A DNA stretch of 35,211 nt from an uncultured Candidatus Saccharibacteria bacterium (GTDB lineage: Bacteria > Patescibacteriota > Minisyncoccia > Phycocordibacterales > UBA918), in NCBI GenBank assembly GCA_964423385.1, contig CAYRER010000004.1, forward strand, positions 1-35,211, read 5' to 3'. The notes below the pieces were generated by a model, which saw only the letters and a list, made by a program, of their open reading frames with translations, made no database searches and was not told the origin of the DNA. Of the stretch, positions 1 to 8,736 are shown piece after piece; position 1 is the stretch's first letter, and the number at the start of each line of letters is the position of its first letter. The position numbers were made by a program, and so were the translations under genes.

Positions 1-54
<54 letters not shown>

Positions 55-89
55 TATAGAACACACAAGAATAAGACAGTATTTGTATC

Positions 90-926
90 ATGAGGATTGG
101 ATGCATTGGTCAGGGGTGGGTGGGGAAGAACATCGCGGACAACTTCGAGGCCCGCGGGTACTCGGTTGTGCGCTACGCGCTCGAACCGGAGTACGCACTC
201 AATCGCCGGCACATCCGGGACTGTGACGTCGTTTTCATCGCAGTGCCGACGCCGACGACGCCGGAAGGCTTTGACTACAGCATTGTCGAGGAGGTAATCG
301 GGCTCGTCGGTGACGGAAAGATTGCCGTGGTGAAGTCGACGCTCCTCCCCGGCACGACTCGCAAGATTCAGGACAAGTACCCCGGGAAGGTCATCCTCTT
401 CTCGCCCGAGTTCCTCTGCGAGGCGACCGCCGCATACGACGTCGCGAACCCGATGCTCAACATCATGGGACTCTCGTACGATTCAGCGGGACACCGGAAG
501 GCGGCGGGCGAGGTCATGCGCATTCTCCCCCGGAGTGATCACAACTTCATTGTCCGCGCCGAGGCTGCCGAACTCTTCAAGTACGCGCACAACATCAACG
601 GTTACATGCGCGTCGTCTTCTCGAATCTCCTCTTCGAGGTAGCCGAGCGGACCGGCATCAACTGGGCAGACGTGAAACTCATCATGGACAGCGATCCGAT
701 GATGTCGCCGTACTACAACTCGCCGATTCATAAGAGCGGACGCGGGGCCGGCGGCCACTGCTTCATCAAGGATATGGCGGCGTTCCGCATGCTCTACGAG
801 GTCAAGAACTCCGAAGATACGAAGGGCATTGCCGTATTCAAAGCCCTCGAAGAGAAGAATCTCGAGCTCCTCAAGAAGACGAACAAGGATGCCGAGCTCG
901 TGAAGGGCGTGTACGGTACAATCTAG
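90..926 (+). CDS. UDP-glucose/GDP-mannose 6-dehydrogenase family protein, short form lacking the C-terminal UDP-binding domain
   Basis: ATG start. N-terminal Rossmann loop IGCIGQGWVG. Family motifs FIAVPTP, KSTLLPGTT, SPEFLCEATA and the catalytic-Cys motif GGHCFIKD are present. The protein is only 278 aa. Confidence 0.7.
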   Translation: MRIGCIGQGWVGKNIADNFEARGYSVVRYALEPEYALNRRHIRDCDVVFIAVPTPTTPEGFDYSIVEEVIGLVGDGKIAVVKSTLLPGTTRKIQDKYPGKVILFSPEFLCEATAAYDVANPMLNIMGLSYDSAGHRKAAGEVMRILPRSDHNFIVRAEAAELFKYAHNINGYMRVVFSNLLFEVAERTGINWADVKLIMDSDPMMSPYYNSPIHKSGRGAGGHCFIKDMAAFRMLYEVKNSEDTKGIAVFKALEEKNLELLKKTNKDAELVKGVYGTI

Positions 927-931
927 GTACC

Positions 932-2068
932 ATGAAGATTTGCTACGTCGCAAACAGCCGCTTTCCGAGCGAGCGTGCGCACATGACGCAGATTGTGCAG
1001 ATGTGCAATGCGTTTGCAGCGGGCGGAGATGACGTGACGCTCCTCGTGACGGACCGGAAGACGCAGGTGGCAGATTCTCCGGAGGTGTTCTTCGGTGTCC
1101 CGATTAATTTTGAAATAGTACGGATTCCCGTGCCGGATATTGCCGGAATCTCCCCGCGGATTCCCATCCTCCTCCGGCCCTTTTTCTTTTCTCTCCAGCG
1201 GATTGTCTTTGCTCTCCGCACAGCGGCGTACGTGCGGAGAACGTGCCCCGATGCCTACGTGTACGGGCGAGATGAGTGGATTCTCTGGTTGCTCTCAAAG
1301 CTCGTCGGCGCGCCGATTGTGTGGGAATCACACGAGGCGCGGTTTTCGTTTGCGGCGCGACGGCTTCTTTCCCGCATACAGCAGTTCGTCGTCATCTCCG
1401 AGGGCATCCACGACTTTTATATACGACAGGGCATTCTATCCGAACGCATGCTCGTGGCTCACGATGCGGTTGATTCCCGCTTCTTCGGCGAGCGCATTTC
1501 GACCGAACATGCCCGGGAGCTTCTCGGTATAGAAACGAAGAAACCCGTCGCTCTCTACATCGGAGGACTCGAGGAGTGGAAAGGCGCGCGGACATTCTTT
1601 GAGGCGGCGCGCCGGCAGGACTTCTTCGACACGTACGTTGTCGGCGGAAAAGAGACGGAGCTTGAGCATTTCCGTGGGGAGTACCCCTCTGTCAATTTCC
1701 TGGGCCCCCGTCCGTACCGGGATCTCCCGAAAGTGCAGCAGGCGGCAGATGTACTCGTCGTCCCGAATACAGCAATGACGCCGCTCTCGGCAGAGTACAC
1801 ATCGCCCCTGAAGCTCTTCGCGCACATGACGTCAGGAAAGCCGATTGCCGCATCGCGCATTCCGAGCATTACGAATGTTCTCGGTGAAGATGAGGCATTT
1901 CTTTTCACCCCCGATAATCCGGAGGACCTCATCCGTGCCATCAGAGAAGCTCTTGAAGAAAACACGCTCGCACACGAGCGGGCAGAACGTGCGTACAAAA
2001 AAAGCTCCCGCTACACGTGGGAGAAGCGGGCGGGGGAGATACGCAGGTTTATGGACGCCTCCCGTTAA
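932..2068 (+). CDS. Glycosyltransferase, GT4-like (GT-B fold)
   Basis: Typical GT4 N-terminus MKICYVANSRFPSERAHMTQIV. The C-terminal donor-binding region SPLKLFAHMTSGKPIAAS is present. The gene starts 5 nt after the upstream stop. Confidence 0.8.
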   Translation: MKICYVANSRFPSERAHMTQIVQMCNAFAAGGDDVTLLVTDRKTQVADSPEVFFGVPINFEIVRIPVPDIAGISPRIPILLRPFFFSLQRIVFALRTAAYVRRTCPDAYVYGRDEWILWLLSKLVGAPIVWESHEARFSFAARRLLSRIQQFVVISEGIHDFYIRQGILSERMLVAHDAVDSRFFGERISTEHARELLGIETKKPVALYIGGLEEWKGARTFFEAARRQDFFDTYVVGGKETELEHFRGEYPSVNFLGPRPYRDLPKVQQAADVLVVPNTAMTPLSAEYTSPLKLFAHMTSGKPIAASRIPSITNVLGEDEAFLFTPDNPEDLIRAIREALEENTLAHERAERAYKKSSRYTWEKRAGEIRRFMDASR

Positions 2069-2069
2069 C

Positions 2070-3065
2070 TCACGCGCGAATTCCGCGCCCTTCGATGCCG
2101 CCGTACCCGAAGTTCGTCTCAACATCCCGGAGTCCGGCTTCCTCGAGCCACGCGTGGAAGGTTTCAATGAACTGCGGCTGGTCGTATGTCGGATTGAGCC
2201 AATCAAAGAGGTGGAGGAGCGCCCACTGCTTGTGAAGGTCATTTGAGAAATTTTTGTACTTCTTCGAGGTCATGAGCTCGGGCACGAGGAGCTTCTGGTT
2301 TATGGAGCGCCCGTACGGGAGCTTCGTGATGACGCACGCGAGCGGCCACATGAGGTTGATGTACGCCTCACAGAGCCGGTAGAGCCTCTCTGGCTCCAGG
2401 TGCCGCACGAACGGCCGGACCCAGTACCGGGTGTTCCACACCTGCCGGTACCACCGGTGCTTCCGGTAGATGTCCATGACGCACGAGCCGCCGGAGCGGA
2501 CTTTCGCGACGATTGAGGAAATGGTCCGCTTCGGGTCGGGGGTGTGCTGGAGAACGCCGATGCACACGGCGCGGTTGAAGTACCCGTCGCGGAACGGGAG
2601 GTTGTACACGTCCGCCTGTACGATGAGGACGGATGGGTTTCCGCCGTGCGACGCGTAGTTCGCCTCGACAGCGACGCTCGCATCGAACGAAGCGATGAAC
2701 GCACCCTTCTTCACGAGCTCTGCTGTGAACCGGCCGGAACCCGAACCGACTTCGAGGATTTTCTCGCCAGGAAGGCTTTCCGGCCACTTCGTCTCAATGC
2801 GAATCCTATTTTCGGAGACGGGCATGCCGGTGAAGCTGTCGTACTGCGTCTTCGCGTGCGTGAGCCACTGGTACCCGAATGCTCCCGTGTAGTGGTCCTC
2901 GGAGGTGAACCGGGGGATGCCGCGGAGAATGGGGAAGGTCTTCCCGCACGCGGAGCAGACAAGGCTCCCGGCCTCGACGCGCTCGCCGGAGCCGGACGCG
3001 TCGCCAAACGAGAGCGATTTTTTGCACGCGGTACAGACGAGGTGCTCGATGTGGCTCCTGAACAT
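2070..3065 (-). CDS. Class I SAM-dependent methyltransferase with an N-terminal Trm112-like Cys4 zinc ribbon
   Basis: Zinc ribbon LVCTACKK...LVCSACGKTFPILRGIPRF. SAM motif I ILEVGSGSGRF and post-motif IGVLQHTPDP are present. The ORF extends to 3176, but the internal ATG at 3065 (MFRSHIEHLVC) places the zinc ribbon at the N-terminus and leaves a 109-nt divergent promoter region. Confidence 0.8.
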   Translation of the reverse strand: MFRSHIEHLVCTACKKSLSFGDASGSGERVEAGSLVCSACGKTFPILRGIPRFTSEDHYTGAFGYQWLTHAKTQYDSFTGMPVSENRIRIETKWPESLPGEKILEVGSGSGRFTAELVKKGAFIASFDASVAVEANYASHGGNPSVLIVQADVYNLPFRDGYFNRAVCIGVLQHTPDPKRTISSIVAKVRSGGSCVMDIYRKHRWYRQVWNTRYWVRPFVRHLEPERLYRLCEAYINLMWPLACVITKLPYGRSINQKLLVPELMTSKKYKNFSNDLHKQWALLHLFDWLNPTYDQPQFIETFHAWLEEAGLRDVETNFGYGGIEGRGIRA

Positions 3066-3174
3066 GTCCGCAAGTATACTGTCCCGAAGACCCCGAGACA
3101 AATAGAACCGCGGGAAGCCGGCACACAACCTTTCTTTCCGCTTGCCGGTAATAATACTTATAACTCGAATCACC

Positions 3175-4158
3175 ATGGATGCACGGGAACACCTCTACCG
3201 CACCATCGACGCCATGCCGGACGCACGCGTCCTCGTCGTCGGCGACGTCATGCTCGACGTGTACGAACGGTGCGCGGTCAGACGCATCTCCCCGGAAGCA
3301 CCGGTTCCGGTCGCTACGGTTCTCGAGGATTCCTCGTTCCTCGGCGGCGCAGGCAATGTCGCAAGCAATGTGCGTGCTCTCGGAGCGTCTGTTTCGATTG
3401 CGGGTGTTATCGGCAGTGACCGTGAGGGCGAGACGGTGCGGAAGCTCCTTCAAGAACAGGGAATCAATGACACAGGTCTCGTCGTCGAGGAGGGCAGGGT
3501 AACCACGGTAAAGCGGCGGATTGTCTCAGGGACACAGCAGCTCATTAGGATTGACCGGGAAATGACGGAGGACATAGATGCCGGTACCGAGCTTGCAATC
3601 TGTGATGCAATTGCCAGGCTCATTCCGGAGCATGATGTCGTCGTCGTTTCAGATTACTGCAAGGGTCTCCTTACCGAGAGTGTCATCAGTTTTGTAAAAG
3701 AGATAGCGACACAGTCAGGGAAGAAAATCTTTGTCGATTCAAAAAGCCGTCACCTTTCCCGCTACAGCGGGGTACACCTCATTAAGCCCAACAAGGCAGA
3801 GGCAGAGGCATTCGCCGGCGAGGCGTTTGCTCACGACTATGCTAATCTGGAGACCGTCGGAAGGCGGCTTTCCGCGATGCTCTCATCAAACCTCGTCGTG
3901 ACGCTCGGCGGCGACGGGATGGCGCTGTTTGAAGTGGAGAGGTTTGCACACAAACGAACCCTTGCACAAGATGTGTTCGATGTCTCGGGAGCGGGCGATA
4001 CGGTACTCTCGGTCGTTGCAACCGCGGTCGCGGTCGGCGCCGACCTCGAGAGTGCCGTTGACCTTTCAAATCACGCAGCCGGATACGTGGTGAGTAAACT
4101 CGGGACTGTTGCGTGCAACCAGGAAGTCCTCCGGGCAGCGCTTCAAGCTGCTCTGTAA
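3175..4158 (+). CDS. hldA: D-glycero-beta-D-manno-heptose-7-phosphate kinase (RfaE domain I / HldA-type PfkB kinase), stand-alone
   Basis: VLVVGDVMLDVY, ISPEAPVPV, GGAGNVASNVRALG and DVSGAGDTV match the kinase half of E. coli HldE almost motif for motif. ATG at 3175; the track ORF begins at a TTG at 3142. Confidence 0.85.
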   Translation: MDAREHLYRTIDAMPDARVLVVGDVMLDVYERCAVRRISPEAPVPVATVLEDSSFLGGAGNVASNVRALGASVSIAGVIGSDREGETVRKLLQEQGINDTGLVVEEGRVTTVKRRIVSGTQQLIRIDREMTEDIDAGTELAICDAIARLIPEHDVVVVSDYCKGLLTESVISFVKEIATQSGKKIFVDSKSRHLSRYSGVHLIKPNKAEAEAFAGEAFAHDYANLETVGRRLSAMLSSNLVVTLGGDGMALFEVERFAHKRTLAQDVFDVSGAGDTVLSVVATAVAVGADLESAVDLSNHAAGYVVSKLGTVACNQEVLRAALQAAL

Positions 4159-4178
4159 CCAAGGCACCACAATACACA

Positions 4179-4745
4179 ATGCGCACATTTTTTCTCCAAG
4201 ACATTCCGCTTGCGGACATACGACACAACGACCTCCCTGCGTATCTCGCTGAGGGGTTCGGCGGGAAACCGATTGAGGAGTGGCCGGTGTACCGGTTCTT
4301 CACAATGTACTGGGAGGGTAACCGGGAAGAGGCCACCAGAGAGTTTGTCGAGTGGTACAGGGACCAGCTTGGGAAGTACGCGATGGTGCCGAAGCGGGAC
4401 GGAGGGATGCGCCGAGGTTCTCTCTACAACCTCATTGAGAAGCGGTGCGGCGTGCCGTTTGAGAAGACGGAAACCTCCTGCCGCGAGGCGACAATCCGGG
4501 AGCGCGTCTCACAGCGGCTCGGACTCCTCGACACCATACAGAGCCGCGGGTACCAGGCGGGGGAGGCAGAGCGCATCGACGGATTTCGGGAAAAGGGATT
4601 TGTGTACCTCACCGGAGGGCACCACCGCGCGGCAATCCTCAAGGTGCTCGGGGAGGAGAAGCTCCCCGGCGTGTTAGTATTCCCGAACCGGCTCGTTTAT
4701 AATTTCTTCACCTTACTCCGAAACATTCGACATGGCAGTATTTAA
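4179..4745 (+). CDS. Hypothetical protein with a ParB/sulfiredoxin-like GGHHR motif
   Basis: ATG at 4179, 20 nt after the upstream stop; the track ORF starts at a GTG at 4113 inside the upstream gene. The C-terminal segment GFVYLTGGHHRAAILKVLG resembles the GxxHR nucleotide-binding signature of the ParB/Srx fold. No other family was recognised. Confidence 0.6.
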   Translation: MRTFFLQDIPLADIRHNDLPAYLAEGFGGKPIEEWPVYRFFTMYWEGNREEATREFVEWYRDQLGKYAMVPKRDGGMRRGSLYNLIEKRCGVPFEKTETSCREATIRERVSQRLGLLDTIQSRGYQAGEAERIDGFREKGFVYLTGGHHRAAILKVLGEEKLPGVLVFPNRLVYNFFTLLRNIRHGSI

Positions 4746-5415
4746 CGACAAGAAAGCATACAAGGAGTGGATTGACGGTCAGGACTGGTACCAGACCATT
4801 GACCTGCCGAGCGGGCTTCGGACTCCCGGGAAAGTTCCCACCGAGCTTCGGATGCCGCTCTTTGACAGCATTGACTTTGCAGGGAAGTCCGTCCTCGATG
4901 TGGGCTGCAATTCCGGCCAGTACTCTTTTGCGGCAAAGGACCGGGGAGCACGTGAGGTTGTCGGCATCGACCTCGATGCGAAGCGCATCGCCCAGGCGCG
5001 CACCCTCGCCGAGAATGAAGGGTACGACGTCTCCTTTGAGGAGCGGAATATCTTTGATGCACCGTTTGACCGCCGATTCGATATCGTTCTCTGCATCGCG
5101 GTGCTCACCGAGATTCAGGACACATTCAGTGCCATTGAGCGTCTCAAGAACGTCATCGGCTCGTACGCGCTCATTGAACTCTCGCTCGCCCGGCCGATTG
5201 TCTATGCTTCGTACTCAAAGCGCTGGCTCCGGGGGTACGACGGACTTTCGCGCCGGAGCGCCGTCGCCGAGGTGCGGAAGATACGCGGAGACAAGTGGGT
5301 CGTCGATCCGTCGTTCGATGTTCTCAAGGCTATCTTCGGACCGGAGTTCAAGCTTACCCGTAAGGGGCGCGGTGTCCGGTACGACCTCGTTGAGGTTGTC
5401 CGCATCGCCGGCTGA
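4732..5415 (+). CDS. Class I SAM-dependent methyltransferase (DUF1698/CmoB-like N-terminus)
   Basis: WYQTIDLPSGLRTPGK is followed by SAM motif I VLDVGCNSGQYS and then VVGIDLD. The gene overlaps the upstream gene by 14 nt. Confidence 0.8.
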   Translation: MAVFNDKKAYKEWIDGQDWYQTIDLPSGLRTPGKVPTELRMPLFDSIDFAGKSVLDVGCNSGQYSFAAKDRGAREVVGIDLDAKRIAQARTLAENEGYDVSFEERNIFDAPFDRRFDIVLCIAVLTEIQDTFSAIERLKNVIGSYALIELSLARPIVYASYSKRWLRGYDGLSRRSAVAEVRKIRGDKWVVDPSFDVLKAIFGPEFKLTRKGRGVRYDLVEVVRIAG

Positions 5416-6575
5416 TGCCTATGAAGAAGATTATCCTCCACGTACGCAACTTCATTCTCTTTCTCCGTGCGCTCCTCTCGATTGTCCGCTACGGGACGCG
5501 GAGGGACGTTCCTGCACACCCGCCAAAGAAGGTGCTCGTCGTCCAGCTCGCGAAGCTCGGAGATATGGTGTGCATCACTCCGGTGCTCCGCGCACTGAAG
5601 CAACATCTGCCCGAGACGAAAGTATACGTGCTCGGAGATGCGCTCAATAAGAAAGTTCTTGAGCACAATCAGGATGTCGACGAGTACATTATCTTTGACC
5701 GTCGTGAGCTCCCCGGCGTCATTCGCCGTCTTAAGGAAGAGCAGATTAATGTTGCATGCATTCGCGGGATTGGGTTCATAGGACTCGCCCTCGTTCTCCT
5801 TGCAGGCATACAGGTGGTTGTCACCTCCCGCGTCGCCGAGGGTAAAGGATTTGAGACACGGACGTATCGGTGGCTCCTCCCGTACGTACGGACAATCGAT
5901 TTGCGGTTCGGAGAATATATGCCTCGTCAGTTTCTTCGGCTCCTTGAACCTCTCGGAATTCATGCTGACGATACGACGAAGCACCTCGGCTTTTCGGAAG
6001 CAGCAGATAGAAAAATAAATGCATTCATTGCGGAAAAGGGTGTCGACATCCAGAGAGACTTCGTCGTCGCAGTGTCACCGTCTGCAGGACATAAGATAAA
6101 AGAGTGGCCCGGAGACCGTTTTGCTGAAGTCATCGATTACCTGATTACAGTGCATGGAGCGAAGATTCTTCTTATTGGGGGACCAATGGATGAGGAAAAG
6201 GTCAGTACCGTTCTCAAACATAGCCAGAATGCCGAAGAGGTCATCAATACACAAGGTCAACTCAGCATAGATGAACTGAAGGCACTTTTGTCCAAGGTGC
6301 ACCTATTTATAAGCGTCGATACGGGGCCGATTTATATTGCAGAGGCATTCGGTACGCCGACCATAGACATTACTGGTCCAATTGATGAAAGAGAACAGCC
6401 GCCAATAAGCGACATCCATAAGGTAGTCACTCCTCCACATCGGACAGGGCCGGAACTCTTCGTCATGAATGCAAAAGGATATGATAAGGCAGAAGCACGC
6501 CGACAGACGGAGTCGATTACAGCCAGCATGGTCATTAATACGTTTGAGGAGCTATATCTGCGCATAAAGAAATAA
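5415..6575 (+). CDS. Glycosyltransferase family 9 (heptosyltransferase-like) with an N-terminal hydrophobic extension
   Basis: VLVVQLAKLGDMVCITPVLRALK, PSAGHKIKEWPGDRFAEV and ISVDTGPIYIAEAFGTPTI are the characteristic GT9 blocks. The start codon overlaps the upstream TGA by 1 nt (TGATG). Confidence 0.8.
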   Translation: MPMKKIILHVRNFILFLRALLSIVRYGTRRDVPAHPPKKVLVVQLAKLGDMVCITPVLRALKQHLPETKVYVLGDALNKKVLEHNQDVDEYIIFDRRELPGVIRRLKEEQINVACIRGIGFIGLALVLLAGIQVVVTSRVAEGKGFETRTYRWLLPYVRTIDLRFGEYMPRQFLRLLEPLGIHADDTTKHLGFSEAADRKINAFIAEKGVDIQRDFVVAVSPSAGHKIKEWPGDRFAEVIDYLITVHGAKILLIGGPMDEEKVSTVLKHSQNAEEVINTQGQLSIDELKALLSKVHLFISVDTGPIYIAEAFGTPTIDITGPIDEREQPPISDIHKVVTPPHRTGPELFVMNAKGYDKAEARRQTESITASMVINTFEELYLRIKK

Positions 6576-6576
6576 T

Positions 6577-7473
6577 ATGGAAGCATGTATTGTCTGCAGG
6601 AGCAATGAAACAAGGGAGACCGTCCGGAACGGACTCCCCATGTTTCAGTGTGCAGTATGCGGTCTCGTATGGCGGCGGGATTTTGATGTCGACATCTCTC
6701 ACTATGAGGACGTGCCGGTGAAGCTTGCTGAAAAAAACCTGACGCGTCGGACGAGGAACGTTCAGGATAGAATCAGGCTCATTGAACGCCATCTCACGCC
6801 GAACGACGTATGTGACATCGGTCCGGGTGAAGGCCTCTTTCTCCGGGAACTTGCACGGAAGGGGTATCGGAACCTCATCGGCATCGAACCGAACAAAGAT
6901 GCCGCCGCATTTGGACGGGCACAAGGTCTCGATATCATCCCGGGAACCTTATCAGATGCCCCGAAGATAATCAGGGAACATGGAGTGCATACGGTGACCT
7001 TATTCCATGTCATTGAGCACCTCACTGATCCGCGCGAGGCGCTCACGAGCATCTACGAGAGTCTCGGGAAAGGAGACCACCTCATCATTGAGACACCAAA
7101 TGCTGACGGGTACTCCTTTGTGCGGACGAACCACCAGCATCCGCTTGTCTATCCCCAGCACCTCTTCTATTTCAATATGGATAATCTCGCGAGACTCCTC
7201 ACAGATGTCGGCTTTACTGTGGCTGCGCGGGGGAAGCGCGGCTTCGACCAGTACAATATGAGCATTCGGCACGCACTCTTCTGCCTCGGCTTCGGCAAGC
7301 CCACGTTTGTCCCGGCTTCTGAAGGATCAAAATCGGCAGGGGCCGTGACCGGAGAAAGCGTACACCCGGAGGGTGTCAGTTCCTATGCACGAGCATGTAT
7401 CCGGAAGATGCTCAATATGGCAGTGATTCTCCTCGGTCGAGTTGATTATCAGTGGGTGATTGCGAGGAAGTAA
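6577..7473 (+). CDS. Class I SAM-dependent methyltransferase with an N-terminal Cys4 zinc ribbon
   Basis: Zinc ribbon CIVCRSNE...FQCAVCGLVW. SAM motif I VCDIGPGEGLF is present, followed by TLFHVIEHLTDP. Confidence 0.8.
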   Translation: MEACIVCRSNETRETVRNGLPMFQCAVCGLVWRRDFDVDISHYEDVPVKLAEKNLTRRTRNVQDRIRLIERHLTPNDVCDIGPGEGLFLRELARKGYRNLIGIEPNKDAAAFGRAQGLDIIPGTLSDAPKIIREHGVHTVTLFHVIEHLTDPREALTSIYESLGKGDHLIIETPNADGYSFVRTNHQHPLVYPQHLFYFNMDNLARLLTDVGFTVAARGKRGFDQYNMSIRHALFCLGFGKPTFVPASEGSKSAGAVTGESVHPEGVSSYARACIRKMLNMAVILLGRVDYQWVIARK

Positions 7474-7480
7474 CAATACA

Positions 7481-7747
7481 ATGGAAACAGAGACAAATGA
7501 GAACAAAAAGACTCTGCCGGGGCGCTTCAAGTCTTGGCTCTTCGCTTCACCCATCGGGCGGCTCTTCATCGACCGGCGGTTCTTCAACTACACACTCATC
7601 GGCGTTTTCATATCGCTCCTCAACATATTCCTCCTCTGGCTTCTCATCGATATCTTCGAGATTTCCACGGTCATTGCGAGTACGCTCGTCATCGGTTCGA
7701 CATTTATTTTCCGCTACGTACTCTTCCGCCTCTTTGACGTGATGTAA
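7481..7747 (+). CDS. GtrA-like small membrane protein, about half the usual size
   Basis: FFNYTLIGVFISLLNIFLLWLLIDIF...TLVIGSTFIFRYVLFRLF resembles the GtrA family, but I see only about two hydrophobic helices. ATG at 7481 follows the upstream stop; the track ORF starts at a TTG at 7460. Confidence 0.55.
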   Translation: METETNENKKTLPGRFKSWLFASPIGRLFIDRRFFNYTLIGVFISLLNIFLLWLLIDIFEISTVIASTLVIGSTFIFRYVLFRLFDVM

Positions 7748-7751
7748 GAGA

Positions 7752-8720
7752 CTAGTGTTTCAGGTACACGCGTACGGTGTAGAGTCCGCGCTGGTCTGAT
7801 GCGTAGTACACGCGCGAGATGAGCTCGGCGATGAAGCCGAAGACAAGCAGCTGAATGCTCACGATAACGCCGACGGCGCTCACCACGAGAAGCCCGGTGT
7901 TTTGGTATGAAGGGAAGCCGAGCACGTACTTCTGGTAGGTGACAAAGGCGATGCCGAGGATTCCCAGGGTGAGTCCCACAATGCTCAGCGCCCCGAAGGC
8001 GCGGAACGGTGCCTTTGCGTACTTCGTGAGGAACTTGATGAGGAGAAGGTCGAGTGTGACCCGGAAGATTTTGCCGACGCCGATGCCGTACGAAGAAACT
8101 CCCCGCACGCGCTTGCGTATCTTGATGGGGATTTCCTTTATACGGATTCCCTTGTAGTAGACGAGAACTCCCGCAAAGCGGTGGAGGTCGCCGGTTAGGT
8201 CGAGGCTTCGGAGCAGCTCACGGCGGTACGCCTTCATGGTTGAACCGAAGTACTTCATCTTCACGCCTGTCGACATGCTCACGAGCGCATGGAACGTGCG
8301 GGAAAGAAACGCAACGAGGCTGCTCCCGCGGTCATCGGTGAGTTTCCAGCTCGAGGCGAGGTCGTTACCCTCTTCGATGGCGCTGATGAACTCGGGGAGG
8401 TACGCAGGGTCATGCTGTCCGTCTCCATCCATCGCGATGATGACATCACCGCCCGCGTGCTTGAAGCCGGCGGAGAGTGCCACCGTCTGGCCCTGGTTGC
8501 CGAGGAGCGAGACGACCTGAACACAGGGGTCCTTCTCATAGAGGTCCCGGAGCACCTCGAGAGAATTGTCGCTGCTGCAGTCGTCGACGTAGATGATTTC
8601 GTACTCTTTGTGCGAGGCGCGGAGAACGTCGGTGAGTTCCCGGTAGAGCGGGAGAATGTTTTCAGCCTCATTATAGACAGGGAGGACGATGCTGATTTTC
8701 TTGATGAGGTAGGGGTTCAT
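7752..8720 (-). CDS. GT2 polyprenyl-phosphate glycosyltransferase (GtrB/ArnC/DPM1-like) with two C-terminal TM helices
   Basis: ISIVLPVYNEAENI, YVDDCSSDNS and AMDGDGQHDP are present. The hydrophobic C-terminal segments are ALSIVGLTLGILGIAFV and LLVVSAVGVIVSIQLLVFGFIAEL. Confidence 0.85.
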   Translation of the reverse strand: MNPYLIKKISIVLPVYNEAENILPLYRELTDVLRASHKEYEIIYVDDCSSDNSLEVLRDLYEKDPCVQVVSLLGNQGQTVALSAGFKHAGGDVIIAMDGDGQHDPAYLPEFISAIEEGNDLASSWKLTDDRGSSLVAFLSRTFHALVSMSTGVKMKYFGSTMKAYRRELLRSLDLTGDLHRFAGVLVYYKGIRIKEIPIKIRKRVRGVSSYGIGVGKIFRVTLDLLLIKFLTKYAKAPFRAFGALSIVGLTLGILGIAFVTYQKYVLGFPSYQNTGLLVVSAVGVIVSIQLLVFGFIAELISRVYYASDQRGLYTVRVYLKH

Positions 8721-8736
8721 AGTTGCGTAGTACCGG

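Noticed and set aside
3142-3176. Apparent head-to-head overlap of two divergent genes, with start codons sharing the palindrome CCATGG at 3173-3178.
   Set aside because: Taking the longest ORFs would leave no promoter space. The minus-strand methyltransferase more plausibly starts at the ATG at 3065, placing its zinc ribbon at the N-terminus. The kinase more plausibly starts at the ATG at 3175 rather than the TTG at 3142. That leaves a normal 109-nt divergent intergenic region.
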